Source: an uncultured virus (IMG/VR IMGVR_UViG_3300032167_006623) (lineage: Duplodnaviria > Heunggongvirae > Uroviricota > Caudoviricetes). Taken from it: a stretch of 64,000 nt of DNA. Positions 9,045-20,100 of this stretch are shown in pieces. The stretch lies in IMG/VR virus record IMGVR_UViG_3300032167_006623, one strand, 5' to 3'. The translations under genes and the position numbers were made by a program. The stretch's first letter is position 1, and every line of letters begins with the position of its first letter. The notes beneath the pieces are model-generated. The model had not been told where the DNA came from. It did not search any database and worked only from the letters and a program-made list of their open reading frames with translations.

Positions 9045-9245
9045 TTACTCCTTTACTTTATATTCAGATAATTTCTCATCATTCTTTAACAAATTTTTAA
9101 AAAAAACAATCATAAGCAGTATAAGACAAACACACATCATGATACTGCCCGTCATTCCAAATTCGGAAAACACAGCATTAACTATTGTTTTCACAATATT
9201 GACTATATTGTTGTACATGAATGTCATCTCCTGTTCTATTCTCAT
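9045..9245 (-). CDS. small membrane protein
   Basis: One hydrophobic segment. Confidence 0.5.
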   Translation of the reverse strand: MRIEQEMTFMYNNIVNIVKTIVNAVFSEFGMTGSIMMCVCLILLMIVFFKNLLKNDEKLSEYKVKE

Positions 9246-9254
9246 AGAATCGCA

Positions 9255-10136
9255 TTATGATTCAAGTGAACCCAAAAGAATTTCCACATATTCATCTTCT
9301 GTAACTTCAGTCAATCCGTCAGGAATAGCAAATATGCTTTCATCCTTTGAATCTGCAAATTCAACAATAAAATCAAAATATATGTAATAACCGTCTGCGT
9401 CAGAACCCGCATATATTACCTCTGCGTTTTCATCGAAATAATACTTGATTTTCTGACCTTCGATATCATATTCCTCATAGATATAAGCTACACCGTTGAC
9501 TTCCTCAATGCCGTCTCCCAAAAAACAATCAGCTGCACTGTCACTCACAAGATATGCATTCATCTCAGCACTACCCGCTTCGGGACTCATAGAGCTTTTG
9601 TAATAATAGCCCAATGCTTTATCTATACAATACATATCTTTTCCATCATAAAGCATATCTGAGGACATTATACCCGACACATCAATGCTCACAGCAAACT
9701 TATCGCCAAGTCTGTGCATAAACATATTCACGCCGCCGATTCCTGTCGCATCTTCAGGAAGATTGTAAACCATTCTGAGATTAACGTTATTTTCCCATTC
9801 ATCGATTTTACGGCTCATGTCAATAGCCCACATAGCGTCATTTTTAGCAGCTAAAACAGCTTCCATATCTGATTTATCGACCGATATCTCAGTTTCAGAA
9901 GATGTTTCGATTTCAGAAGACACAGTGCCATCCGTACTGCCGACTTCCATGTCAATGGATGTGTTAACCGTTGTCTCTGACATAATATCGGAAACATCCT
10001 CAGTCTCAACAAGTGTTGTTTCAACAGTAGTGGTTGTTGCAGTTTTTGTTACAGTCTTTTCATCACTTTTATCAGAACAGCCTGTAAAAGCAGCAAGTAT
10101 AGTAACCGACATAATAAATACAATGATTTTCTTCAT
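9255..10136 (-). CDS. lipoprotein
   Basis: Signal peptide with lipobox FTGC, Thr/Ser-rich linker. Confidence 0.8.
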   Translation of the reverse strand: MKKIIVFIMSVTILAAFTGCSDKSDEKTVTKTATTTTVETTLVETEDVSDIMSETTVNTSIDMEVGSTDGTVSSEIETSSETEISVDKSDMEAVLAAKNDAMWAIDMSRKIDEWENNVNLRMVYNLPEDATGIGGVNMFMHRLGDKFAVSIDVSGIMSSDMLYDGKDMYCIDKALGYYYKSSMSPEAGSAEMNAYLVSDSAADCFLGDGIEEVNGVAYIYEEYDIEGQKIKYYFDENAEVIYAGSDADGYYIYFDFIVEFADSKDESIFAIPDGLTEVTEDEYVEILLGSLES

Positions 10137-10154
10137 AATGATATATCTCCTGTC

Positions 10155-10823
10155 TCAATCAATAGTTATACATGGATTTTTACAATTCTGACACGATATC
10201 AGACATATACCGGGATAATAAGTCTCAGGTGAATTGGAGCAAAAGAAAACATAGCTTTCCTCAAGCACTCTCGCATCCTCTCGAATTCGACGAGCATTTA
10301 TTCTATGCTCACTGCAGCACAGCTCAAGCCATTCATCCAATTTATGAACATCACCATAGCTATGCTCTGCAACAAAATAATTCTCCCAGAAATGTTCCTT
10401 ACCATAAATATTGACTTCGGACGGCAATATATCCATGGGAACAGAACGAGCTCTATGTTCAGGTGTATATGGCATACATAATGCCTCACCTATTAAATAT
10501 CGAAACAACAATTCTGTTTGCTTAATATAATGCTTGGACTTGGCTTTTTTGAAATCACTTTCAAATACATAATGATATTCGCTGCCAATTCTGCGTTTAT
10601 TGCCTGTTTTGATATCAATATCAACATCAACCTGTGCGATAACATGCACACCTGCATTACCTGTTGTAATTTCAAGTCTGCAAATATTGCTCTTGATAAC
10701 AATTGCCATATTTCCGGCATTATCCTCAGTAACATAAACACGCTTAGGGTCAGCAAATGACGCAGCTATTTCTGAAAAAATCTTATGATTAACCTTTGCC
10801 ATTTTGTTTCTTCGTATAATCAA
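10155..10823 (-). CDS. hypothetical protein
   Basis: 222-aa ORF in operon. Confidence 0.7.
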   Translation of the reverse strand: MIIRRNKMAKVNHKIFSEIAASFADPKRVYVTEDNAGNMAIVIKSNICRLEITTGNAGVHVIAQVDVDIDIKTGNKRRIGSEYHYVFESDFKKAKSKHYIKQTELLFRYLIGEALCMPYTPEHRARSVPMDILPSEVNIYGKEHFWENYFVAEHSYGDVHKLDEWLELCCSEHRINARRIREDARVLEESYVFFCSNSPETYYPGICLISCQNCKNPCITID

Positions 10824-10842
10824 TTAAAATTCCACCTTTTAC

Positions 10843-11325
10843 TTATTGCCAACCCAGTATCTCAGGTAAAGCCTTATCCGTCTTATTTTCATATACTATA
10901 TGAAAATGCGTATACAGCTGCTTTTGGTCACAATGCGTAACAAGCAGTAACAATGTAATACCATTTGCGTCCTGCATAGCCTTGACGATATTTACCAAAT
11001 CATCATACATATCGTCATCAAATACGTAAATATTATTGTCAGCGTATTCACATCTCATCATCTGTAATAAACCGATATCATGGTTTTTACACAAAGCTTT
11101 CGCACGTTCCATTACTTTCTTTCTTGAATTCAAATCATCAGAAAATGGAATAGGTGTTGCGTCTCCGTCGAAAATACAAACAATGTTTTGATTTGTAAGC
11201 TCATTTGTCCATTTCTGATTTTTATCTGTTCGGAACAAATAGTTCAAATGGTTTGCCAAATGACTTGCATCACTGAATGGTAAACCGCCGCTGTCAACTG
11301 AAATATTACCCATATTATGTTTCAC
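10843..11325 (-). CDS. hypothetical protein with HUH-like motif
   Basis: HxD...THFHIVY near C-terminus; N-terminal LNYL. Confidence 0.6.
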   Translation of the reverse strand: MKHNMGNISVDSGGLPFSDASHLANHLNYLFRTDKNQKWTNELTNQNIVCIFDGDATPIPFSDDLNSRKKVMERAKALCKNHDIGLLQMMRCEYADNNIYVFDDDMYDDLVNIVKAMQDANGITLLLLVTHCDQKQLYTHFHIVYENKTDKALPEILGWQ

Positions 11326-11344
11326 TCCTCATAATCACAACACA

Positions 11345-11752
11345 TTACTTGAATGTTTTTGAATACCCATAAATTTCTTTTTCATACAGCTTTATCAGCT
11401 CTTTTGCACTATCAACAGCTTTCATTGCTGCATTTTTCAATTCTTTCTGAGCATTTTTCGCTTCTTCCTGACGAATTATGAATTCAGGCAATTCATATAC
11501 AGCCATATGCGTCATGAGTGAGAACAACGTACAAAAATCATCTTCAGATATTGAAATTGATGTCTCATTTACGATATTATTTTTGATATTATCAATCAAT
11601 TTCTTATAGCGCTCCGAATCCTTGCAAGAAAATTTATAATCAGCACATATATCAATGAATGACATGAATTCATTGAAATTTTCAACAGACGTGAATCGAA
11701 TGGTGTGATTATGTGCATCTTTTTTATGTGTATGTTTTACTGAAACCTTCAT
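11345..11752 (-). CDS. hypothetical protein
   Basis: GAGGAG RBS. Confidence 0.7.
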   Translation of the reverse strand: MKVSVKHTHKKDAHNHTIRFTSVENFNEFMSFIDICADYKFSCKDSERYKKLIDNIKNNIVNETSISISEDDFCTLFSLMTHMAVYELPEFIIRQEEAKNAQKELKNAAMKAVDSAKELIKLYEKEIYGYSKTFK

Positions 11753-11767
11753 AAAGACTCCTCTTTT

Positions 11768-12328
11768 TTACTGTTTATTATTATTTGACTGATTGTTGAC
11801 AGACTGGGATGGTTGCGTCTGTTCATATTGTATCTGAACAGGATTTTGATTTGGAATAGCTATATCCCGCGCAGGCGGAACCTGAGGTCTTACAGCCTGC
11901 TGTTGATAAGGGTTATAAACCTGTTGATTCATCTGATTGGAAGAAACCTGCTGTTGCATTTGCATATTCTGCGATTGCGGCATCTGAGATGCGTCTACAA
12001 CACGAATAATATTCTGCTGCTGCGGAGCAGCCTGCTGAATAATAATTTTTGTCTGCAAATGCTTTATGTAATAATGCAGTCCCAATCCGGGTATCAAAGC
12101 AGCGAAAGAAAAACCTATCAAATACAAAAACAAACCTGTTCCCCTATCGTTGCCTTTTTTGGTACATCTGTAAGCAGTTCCGAAACCAAGAAAATACTGT
12201 ATGACAAAAATTATAGCCCAGACTACAAGAATACACGTCCAGATTATTGTTGCTTTTTCATCAGAAATTGCATCTGAATTCGAAGTCATTTCCACTGCTC
12301 TTTCAAATTTACCTGCCAAACTGACCAT
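11768..12328 (-). CDS. membrane protein with Gln-rich tail
   Basis: Two TM segments, Q/P-rich C-terminus. Confidence 0.75.
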   Translation of the reverse strand: MVSLAGKFERAVEMTSNSDAISDEKATIIWTCILVVWAIIFVIQYFLGFGTAYRCTKKGNDRGTGLFLYLIGFSFAALIPGLGLHYYIKHLQTKIIIQQAAPQQQNIIRVVDASQMPQSQNMQMQQQVSSNQMNQQVYNPYQQQAVRPQVPPARDIAIPNQNPVQIQYEQTQPSQSVNNQSNNNKQ

Positions 12329-12388
12329 TCATATCACCCTTTCAATAAAAAACCCGTTGTAATATATAAATCACAACGGGTAAAAATC

Positions 12389-13864
12389 TTATTTGCTCCT
12401 GTCATTCTTATCCTTGCTGTCAGCTTTCACCGTCGTATTACTGATGATATTGTTAAGATGAGCCTTTTTCAAAGCAGCGTCTTCGACGGAATCATGCTTT
12501 TCATCAGCCTTGACTTCATCAGCCTTTTTCTCATCTTCTTCATTTTTCTTATCATTGTCATCCTTTGTTTCGCTGCCGTTCACATCACTGCGAACCTCAA
12601 ACTGAGCTGTAGACTGGTCTTCGAATGTATAAACACCGAGACCCTGAGCACCTGAAGCCGCACCTGAATCACTGTTGGAACCAGATGTTGAACTGTTATC
12701 AGACGAACCTTCTGAATTTTCAACAGGTTCTTCAATAATAACATCATCGATTGGCTCATTTACAACATTATCAGCTTCATTGGAAGCCGCATTGTTACCA
12801 CCGCCAAGCTTCTTCATAAGCTCTGCTACATTTTCAGGAAGCTCTTCATCAATATCTTCATCAGATGCATTGAAAATACTGCTGTTATTTTCATACTTAT
12901 TGGCTTCTACGCCACCTGTGAGATTACGAACATCATCATTTTTGATTTCGACAGCTTCGCTGAACTCAACATCGTTCTTATCCTTTTCCTCAGGCTTAGC
13001 TGACGCAGCAGCTTCCTGTTCAGCCTTGATTCTTGCTTCTTCAGCTGCCTTTTCAGCTTCGACACGAGCGTTATTTTCATCACGACGAGCCTGAATATCA
13101 TCAAGCTGACTGCTGACATTCGCTGCAATATTTGCAGATGCACGTTCCGCTGCAACCTCAGCGGCAGATTTAGGCTTATAGCTTGCCTGCTGAGCAGCCT
13201 GCTTTTCAGCTTCAAGAATTTCTTTAGACTTTTCAACAAGTTCGTTGATATTCATTTCCTGTTCGAGACCCTTGACCTCAATAACCTTAGCCTCTTCCTT
13301 CTGTTTTCTTGTGATAAACTGAGCAAGAGAGTAAGCCTTGACATCAAATGACTGTTCATGAGGCTTGGTCAGGATTACATTAAAAACGGGAATCCTGTCT
13401 TTATCATAAGTATCAGCAAGCTCCTCAATAACAGCTTTTATTTCGAGCTGAAATTTTGCCGTAGTAAATTTTTCAGGAATATTTACTCCGGTATCCGACC
13501 AAAAACCCTTTTTTGCAAGCTCGGCGAGCTGATTTTCATCAAAAGAGTAATCATATGTAACCTGCGGCTTATTATCGCCAAAATACAATGTATCAAAATT
13601 ATGTGGAAATTTTGAATTGGGGCATTTTGTACAAGCGGCTGTATCCTTGGATTTACAGCTGCTGCAAATCGAATCGAGACGCTCCACTTCACCCTCAAGA
13701 CGCAGCATTGGTGCATAATTCTTTTCCTTATCAAAAGACCAATATATGTTGGTAAACTGACACAATGCCATATACTGACTTTCGGGATGTATTACGACAT
13801 TTGCTGACCCTGCACGTTTAACAGGAGATGTGGCTTTGTCGAAAGCATATGCTATTCTGCTCAT
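12389..13864 (-). CDS. conjugation-region hypothetical protein
   Basis: 491 aa, acidic low-complexity C-terminus, coupled to 13861..14310. Confidence 0.75.
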   Translation of the reverse strand: MSRIAYAFDKATSPVKRAGSANVVIHPESQYMALCQFTNIYWSFDKEKNYAPMLRLEGEVERLDSICSSCKSKDTAACTKCPNSKFPHNFDTLYFGDNKPQVTYDYSFDENQLAELAKKGFWSDTGVNIPEKFTTAKFQLEIKAVIEELADTYDKDRIPVFNVILTKPHEQSFDVKAYSLAQFITRKQKEEAKVIEVKGLEQEMNINELVEKSKEILEAEKQAAQQASYKPKSAAEVAAERASANIAANVSSQLDDIQARRDENNARVEAEKAAEEARIKAEQEAAASAKPEEKDKNDVEFSEAVEIKNDDVRNLTGGVEANKYENNSSIFNASDEDIDEELPENVAELMKKLGGGNNAASNEADNVVNEPIDDVIIEEPVENSEGSSDNSSTSGSNSDSGAASGAQGLGVYTFEDQSTAQFEVRSDVNGSETKDDNDKKNEEDEKKADEVKADEKHDSVEDAALKKAHLNNIISNTTVKADSKDKNDRSK

Positions 13865-14310
13865 TTCTGATTACTCTCCTTTTCTGTTGTTTCTTCGGTA
13901 TTGATAATACCTGTTATTTTATTATGAAACCATTTAATGAATTTACGAAAAATGGCCAATGTCCCACAAACAATCAATAATGCATAAAACAGCATAGGCA
14001 AAAGCCATGTGGCACAAGCGGTGTAAAAATCCGTAGACTGAGTGATATTGCTGCCATCAGCAACCGTAAAAGCTAACGTGGGAAGCACAGAACTGCCGAT
14101 AAAAATACTGAGTGTGCTTATTAAAATGAAAACAGCAACGGCCTCAAGTGTTCGGAATATACCTATCTTGCATATTCTATGCACTATTCCGACCCAATCA
14201 CGTTTCTTGCGTTCTTTTTTGATTTTAGGTTTTTTGTCAACCTTTTTTCTGACTTTTTTGTTATCAATATTGTCAGTTGATTGCGAATTGGTTTTGAGTG
14301 CATCCATCAT
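13861..14310 (-). CDS. membrane protein (tra region)
   Basis: Two TM segments. Confidence 0.7.
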   Translation of the reverse strand: MMDALKTNSQSTDNIDNKKVRKKVDKKPKIKKERKKRDWVGIVHRICKIGIFRTLEAVAVFILISTLSIFIGSSVLPTLAFTVADGSNITQSTDFYTACATWLLPMLFYALLIVCGTLAIFRKFIKWFHNKITGIINTEETTEKESNQK

Positions 14311-14366
14311 TTCATAAAATCCTTTCGTCTTGAATTATGTTGAAAATACGTCATTTATGTCTGATT

Positions 14367-14921
14367 TTATGTTATGTAATAATATAACATCGAAGTAATT
14401 CGTTCCCTTTCATCACCATAGCTTTTGACGGAAACGAAAATAGCCAAATCAAAGCTCCCACTGTATTTGACAGTGTTCAATGTAACTGTCGCATAATAAT
14501 ATGCAGTATCATCTTCTCTTTTTAAAAGATAAATATCCGAGGAATCATATCGGCATAATATCTCAAGCATTGAATCGGTGTACATATTTGCCAATTCTTT
14601 TTTATTGTAAAAAGCATCGACAAATACCTCAGGAATATTATATTCAACAGCAAAGTCACGAGCTGCATCAAATTCTTCCATATTGTAAAATGTGAACATT
14701 TTACTAAATACACCGTCAAGAAGCTGAATATCCTCAATACTCTGAGCATCAATACGATGTGAATCGGCTATCATTTCATCGGCAATGATTTGCAATTCAT
14801 CACGCCTTACAGTAAGCTCATTTATTGTTTTTTCAAGAGATTTATTGTGCAGAACTGCACAAACAGCTATTATAACAACAAAAACAACAGGTATGCAGAG
14901 TATTTTAAGTATATTCTTCAC
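14367..14921 (-). CDS. membrane-anchored protein (possible T4SS subunit)
   Basis: N-terminal TM then coiled coil. Confidence 0.65.
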   Translation of the reverse strand: MKNILKILCIPVVFVVIIAVCAVLHNKSLEKTINELTVRRDELQIIADEMIADSHRIDAQSIEDIQLLDGVFSKMFTFYNMEEFDAARDFAVEYNIPEVFVDAFYNKKELANMYTDSMLEILCRYDSSDIYLLKREDDTAYYYATVTLNTVKYSGSFDLAIFVSVKSYGDERERITSMLYYYIT

Positions 14922-15562
14922 GACAATACCTGCTTTCTTACGCTTTTGAGCGTATCAAGATTTCCCGCTTCAGTCAGACCATAAGATATTTCTGCAACCA
15001 AAACAGGTTTTGAATTGTCATACAAAATAAACAGCATATCTGCACTATTTCTGAATTCACAGCTGTTATCAAGATAACCCTTCCATGTGAGATTATCATA
15101 TGTCTCAATTTCTGCTGCCCAATTGTTGTTATATTCACCGAGATAACGCTCTGCATAAACATCAAAATTTTCACTGAAAGTATTTGATGCATATTGATTC
15201 TGAAGAGCCGTTATATAAAGCAAAGCCTCGTTTATCTGAGCATATTTTTCCTCAGAATTGACTATCTGATATTGCTGTATAGTGTTTTCGATATTTGCAA
15301 TCTCTTGTTCAAGCTTTGCTATCTCATTCTCATTTTCTTCAAAAAGACTCGAAAAAAAAGCGCCTACACCAAAAATACATCCGAAAATTACAATTACCGC
15401 TCCGGCTCCGACGAATGTCTTTTTGAATTTATCAAAATCAAAAGGCGGTCGGGCAGCCTTGGCTTCAGCTCTCTCCTTACGGTAATTCATTATTTTTTCG
15501 TAATTGGCATCGTAACGCTTCTTATAATTCTCTTTAAAATTTCTATCAGGCAGTAACCGCAT
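14918..15562 (-). CDS. membrane-anchored protein (possible T4SS subunit)
   Basis: Single TM then coiled coil; consensus promoter upstream at 15622-15650. Confidence 0.65.
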   Translation of the reverse strand: MRLLPDRNFKENYKKRYDANYEKIMNYRKERAEAKAARPPFDFDKFKKTFVGAGAVIVIFGCIFGVGAFFSSLFEENENEIAKLEQEIANIENTIQQYQIVNSEEKYAQINEALLYITALQNQYASNTFSENFDVYAERYLGEYNNNWAAEIETYDNLTWKGYLDNSCEFRNSADMLFILYDNSKPVLVAEISYGLTEAGNLDTLKSVRKQVLS

Positions 15563-15738
15563 AAACCCTCACCTGTCCTTATCTGAAAACGTCACCTGAA
15601 TTACGGTTCCATTCTTTACTTATTATAACATACCCGTGCCACCTTGTCAATAGCTTTTTCTGTTATAATCGCTCATAAATGAGGTGTTTTTAACAGAAAC
15701 AACCACAACGGTTATATAACCGTTGTGGTTGCCATCAA

Positions 15739-18700
15739 TTATCTGTTTACTTGGTCTCTCGGATAATCAGTATCAATATCAAGACCGAGTTCCTTACGAA
15801 TCTCTTCAAGATACTGACGTGTATCTGATGTCGGCTCCATACCCTTGTAACGATATTTGTACCAAATCTCCCAATCATCTTCGTCTGTCGGGTCATAAAG
15901 AATACCTGCAGAACGATAAGTATCAGTATAATTAGGTACAATGCATCTGTACACTGTCCATTTTCCATCAGGATTATATGGCATACAAGCGTCAGGGTCG
16001 TGAGGCTCCGGAGTTGTAGGCAGTTCTTCCAGAACACCGTGTTCAGGACACGGAGTTTCATGGTCGACATAAGCTTCGCAAGGCTTGCTCCATTCAAAAC
16101 CTGTTGTATCAACAGATTTGAGCTTCTGAGCTTCATCTCCGCCTGCCATACAAAGCTTGGATGTATCAAACGGCACATAATCATCCGATGATGTTGACGA
16201 ATCACCCGATTCGCTTACGGGGTCTTTTTCAAGCGGGAACATTGCTTCGACAGCATCTGTTCCAAGCCAGATATAAACCTTATCATCTTTAATGATAATA
16301 TCACCCTGAGCAAGAGTATTGAAATCGCCGTGACCGCCTTTACCTTCACATTCCGTACAGTCAGGGTCCCAGCATTCCCAGTCAACTCTTATCCAGTCAG
16401 CAATTCGTTCATTTTCGGCAAGCTTACGCTTATAACCGTCTATATCTTCACCTGTTGCCTCAGATGGTGTATTGTTGGTATTATGCTCGTCAACTTCATG
16501 ACTTTCTTTGTATTTATCCAAATCTTCCTCAATGTCTCCAAAGCCCTTTTCGGCACCGTCATTACGCATGTCATCATACCATTTCAGGTCTGTTTCACTG
16601 AGATTTTCATCGGACAATACTCTCGGTACAAGATACCAAGCATAACGATAATAAACATTGCCGCTTTCGTCATAATATGGACCAAGTCTCCTCTGTTCCC
16701 AGATTTTCGAGTTTCCGCGACCTATTGCCTTTTCGTCATCAGGGTAGTTCTGATACTCTTCTGAATCTTGCCATACAGAGCTTGTTGCTTCCTTGAAATA
16801 TTCCGTAAGTTCATCAACATCCGTAATATTTTCAAATTCCATATCCATACCTGACCAAAGAACGCTTGTCTTCACAAATGTGAATCCATCAGTCATCTTA
16901 TCATCGCTGCCCATGGTGGTTTTACCCTTATCCTGAAGACGTCGATTGATGGTGTTGTAAACAACTTTGTAAAGCGCTGAAATAGGCTCTGTTGCCGAAT
17001 TTTCGGCATCACCGTATTTCATTTTGTAGAATTTATCGCTTTCGCTTTCATAAATCAAAGGATTATCTACAAGATACAAAGCACTGTTACCTATGGTTGA
17101 ATTATCAATTACATTGACGTATTTGCAACCATTCCAAATGTTTTCAAGCAAATTAACCTTTGAACGAGACTGTTTACTGCCAAGTGTATGAAGAATTGAT
17201 GTTGACATTGCTGTCGAAGTATCGATTTCCCATTGACGGATAATCTCAGACTCCTGATATTCTTTCCACTTGTCATTACGTGGCATTGCTGTGTCAGACA
17301 ATGTGTTGGACATATTTGTCTGCCATCTACCCTCAGCAATCATTTCATCCATAATCTTAGCTGCTTCATCACCTACTGATGAATAATTCAAAGCCTGCTG
17401 ATATGGAGTGTCATATTGGAACATATAGTAATAAGCATATGCATATTCTGTACGGTCCTTAAGAGTACCATCATTGAAACCGCCTGAAACCATATCATAA
17501 TAATAATTCTTGGTTGCAGTTGTCAAATCTCGACCTGTAAAGTCATCACCTTTCCACGTTGACATCCAATCATAATAATACTTAGCAGTAGTATCACGCT
17601 CGGGAATACCTGAACCACATTTTGAACATGAAACATTTTCACGATATTCATCTCTGACCTTTATGCCACGGTCTTTTTCGACATCATATGCTCCGCCAAC
17701 CATATACAACAGCTGAACCTCAGGAGTCCACCAGTTGATATATTTACCATTCTGCGGCAGATTTGTCGCATATTTGGCATAATTCTGCCAGAGTTCGTAA
17801 TAAAGCCTCAATTCCTGTGTATCAGGTGGCGGTTCTGTGTCAGCATCAGGATTCTGAGCTTCCCATTCATCAGCAGGAATATCTCTCAAGCTATCAAAAA
17901 CATCTCTGAATTTGATTTTTTCACCGCCAAGACTGGTTTCAAACTCATATTCATACGCAGGCTCCGAATAAAAGCTTTCGTTATCAAATATTGTTTCTTT
18001 GGTATAAGTGGCGTCACGAATTTTAGACTCCATATCATACTCAGATGCAGTATAGTAATCCTGCAAAGCATTGTAGAATTGCACTACGGAAATAGCATGA
18101 GCCAAAGCGGCGGCATTAAATTCAGCAACCTTCTTGAAGAATTCTTCTTTTTTCTCCTGTACATCTGCATATGCAGCCTGTAATTGAGAAACTAATTCAT
18201 TTGCTTTCTTAACAAGAGCTGCTATTTTTGCATGCTCTTCAGCATGTGCAGCCGCAGCCGCTGCGGCAGCCGCCGCTGCAGCATCATATTCGGCTTGCAA
18301 TTCAGCCAACTGCATTTCTATCATCCTTATTTGTTCCATAAGAGCTAAAATTGCTTGAGGTGAAACAAATGGATTGCCAGCCATCATACCCAATTGCATT
18401 TGCAATTCCAAAAGCATCTTGGTAAGATTTTGGAAACGAGGGTCATCTGTTATTGAACCACCGCCACCGCCACCTGTATTTTTACAAGTAAAACTAAAAG
18501 TGGACAATGCTCCCTTATTATTTTCCTCATAAACAGGATTTGCTTCAGGAAAATGCACATCTGTATGATTCTTTGGCCCCGACGGGTTATCAGGATATTC
18601 AATATATACATCAGGTGTAATTGTTTCAGGCATTATTTCCTTAGGCTCTTCAGGAACGCAGATATCAAGATATCTGTCATCCTCATTGTCATCAGTAGTC

Positions 18701-20100
18701 TTTTTATCACAGTCTTCAATATTATATTTTTCAAAAGTAATATCATAAACACTGTCCGAACCCGGAGTATCACCTGCTGCTACTTGTGATTCGCTAATCG
18801 TATGATATTTCCAATTGGTATTACGAAGTTCATCTGCAATAGCTTGATACTCTGCTGATAAAGCGTTATAATCATCAACAGCTGCTTTAAGAGCATCACC
18901 TGCGTTCATATAATCCTCATAAGCAAGCTTCCAACGCCAACCTGTTGACATCTCGGCACCCGGAAGAATGAGCATAGTCTCATCTTCTACTTTTTCAACA
19001 TAATTATTACCTGTGCCTCGTTTATCATCACCCTCAGCACCGTATGCCAAATGATATTTATCAGCAGCAAGCTGTCTCAAATGTTCACGCCAACCTCGGC
19101 TTCCTTCGATTATACGCTGAATAGTAACAACTCTGTCATTAAGATAATCAGCGTAGTTACGCAAAAAAGTGTTGTTATAAAAACCCGGACCATCCGTAAA
19201 TCCTATAAGACCTATACCAAGCTTATGAATAGCAGGATATTCAGCTGAATATGCTGTATAATCAATAGGCTGGTCAGGACCTGAATAAGTATTAGCCGAA
19301 ATCTCATGAATACATGTAGGTGTCTGAATAGGAGAATCCCCTATTCCCTCAGCCCAAGGCTTCCATGCAAACTCATCTGTAGCTGCTGATGGGTCGAGAT
19401 TATATCTCTCACCCTGAATATTATAGCCTTCAACCGATGTAAAATCGATTCTTGACTCAATGGTCATAACGCCGCAGATAGCTGCTATCTGAACATCTGT
19501 AAGACCATAGGCACTGAAAAAACTATGAATACGCTTCACATTTGCCAAATCAATGCGAGCGTCACCATCATAATAAGTATAAGTACCGTCATCGACTTTT
19601 CTTACAGGATGGTCAGCCTCAGTACAACCCTCATGGCCGTAATAAGCGCAATCCTGATTGTCGCATACAAGACGAGCAGAAATACTCTGCCCCACATAAG
19701 CCTTTGACCATTCGTTTATTTCCTTGAGCTTCTGAAGAACATTGTTATCATGACTGGGAAGAGGCTGTTCGTCCTTTGTTCCGAACAAACCTGCATAAGC
19801 ACTTACATATTCATCCAGACATTCGTAAGGATTATCAGGGAAATAGTCATCACGATATGTAATGTTGAAATCTTCACCTGAACCTGCATATCCGATGCCT
19901 AAAATGGCACTCAAAACCACTGCAATTGACGTTGCTGATATAGATTGTACAGCAGCAAGACTGCCTGCAGCAACACGAGTTCCAAGGTTTGTGATTTTCT
20001 TTTTCGGCTTGACAGCATTTTTTATAGCCTCTTCTTCGGCTTCATCTACGCCGTCAAGCTGACTTTCGACTTTTGCGTATTCGTCATTCATAGCTGTCAT
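15739..20100 (-). CDS. large conjugative cell-wall hydrolase with phage-tail-lysozyme-like domain (VirB1-like role)
   Basis: N-terminal TM; GLTDVQIAAICGVMTIES and GIGLIGFT motifs. Confidence 0.6.
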   Translation of the reverse strand: MTAMNDEYAKVESQLDGVDEAEEEAIKNAVKPKKKITNLGTRVAAGSLAAVQSISATSIAVVLSAILGIGYAGSGEDFNITYRDDYFPDNPYECLDEYVSAYAGLFGTKDEQPLPSHDNNVLQKLKEINEWSKAYVGQSISARLVCDNQDCAYYGHEGCTEADHPVRKVDDGTYTYYDGDARIDLANVKRIHSFFSAYGLTDVQIAAICGVMTIESRIDFTSVEGYNIQGERYNLDPSAATDEFAWKPWAEGIGDSPIQTPTCIHEISANTYSGPDQPIDYTAYSAEYPAIHKLGIGLIGFTDGPGFYNNTFLRNYADYLNDRVVTIQRIIEGSRGWREHLRQLAADKYHLAYGAEGDDKRGTGNNYVEKVEDETMLILPGAEMSTGWRWKLAYEDYMNAGDALKAAVDDYNALSAEYQAIADELRNTNWKYHTISESQVAAGDTPGSDSVYDITFEKYNIEDCDKKTTDDNEDDRYLDICVPEEPKEIMPETITPDVYIEYPDNPSGPKNHTDVHFPEANPVYEENNKGALSTFSFTCKNTGGGGGGSITDDPRFQNLTKMLLELQMQLGMMAGNPFVSPQAILALMEQIRMIEMQLAELQAEYDAAAAAAAAAAAAHAEEHAKIAALVKKANELVSQLQAAYADVQEKKEEFFKKVAEFNAAALAHAISVVQFYNALQDYYTASEYDMESKIRDATYTKETIFDNESFYSEPAYEYEFETSLGGEKIKFRDVFDSLRDIPADEWEAQNPDADTEPPPDTQELRLYYELWQNYAKYATNLPQNGKYINWWTPEVQLLYMVGGAYDVEKDRGIKVRDEYRENVSCSKCGSGIPERDTTAKYYYDWMSTWKGDDFTGRDLTTATKNYYYDMVSGGFNDGTLKDRTEYAYAYYYMFQYDTPYQQALNYSSVGDEAAKIMDEMIAEGRWQTNMSNTLSDTAMPRNDKWKEYQESEIIRQWEIDTSTAMSTSILHTLGSKQSRSKVNLLENIWNGCKYVNVIDNSTIGNSALYLVDNPLIYESESDKFYKMKYGDAENSATEPISALYKVVYNTINRRLQDKGKTTMGSDDKMTDGFTFVKTSVLWSGMDMEFENITDVDELTEYFKEATSSVWQDSEEYQNYPDDEKAIGRGNSKIWEQRRLGPYYDESGNVYYRYAWYLVPRVLSDENLSETDLKWYDDMRNDGAEKGFGDIEEDLDKYKESHEVDEHNTNNTPSEATGEDIDGYKRKLAENERIADWIRVDWECWDPDCTECEGKGGHGDFNTLAQGDIIIKDDKVYIWLGTDAVEAMFPLEKDPVSESGDSSTSSDDYVPFDTSKLCMAGGDEAQKLKSVDTTGFEWSKPCEAYVDHETPCPEHGVLEELPTTPEPHDPDACMPYNPDGKWTVYRCIVPNYTDTYRSAGILYDPTDEDDWEIWYKYRYKGMEPTSDTRQYLEEIRKELGLDIDTDYPRDQVNR

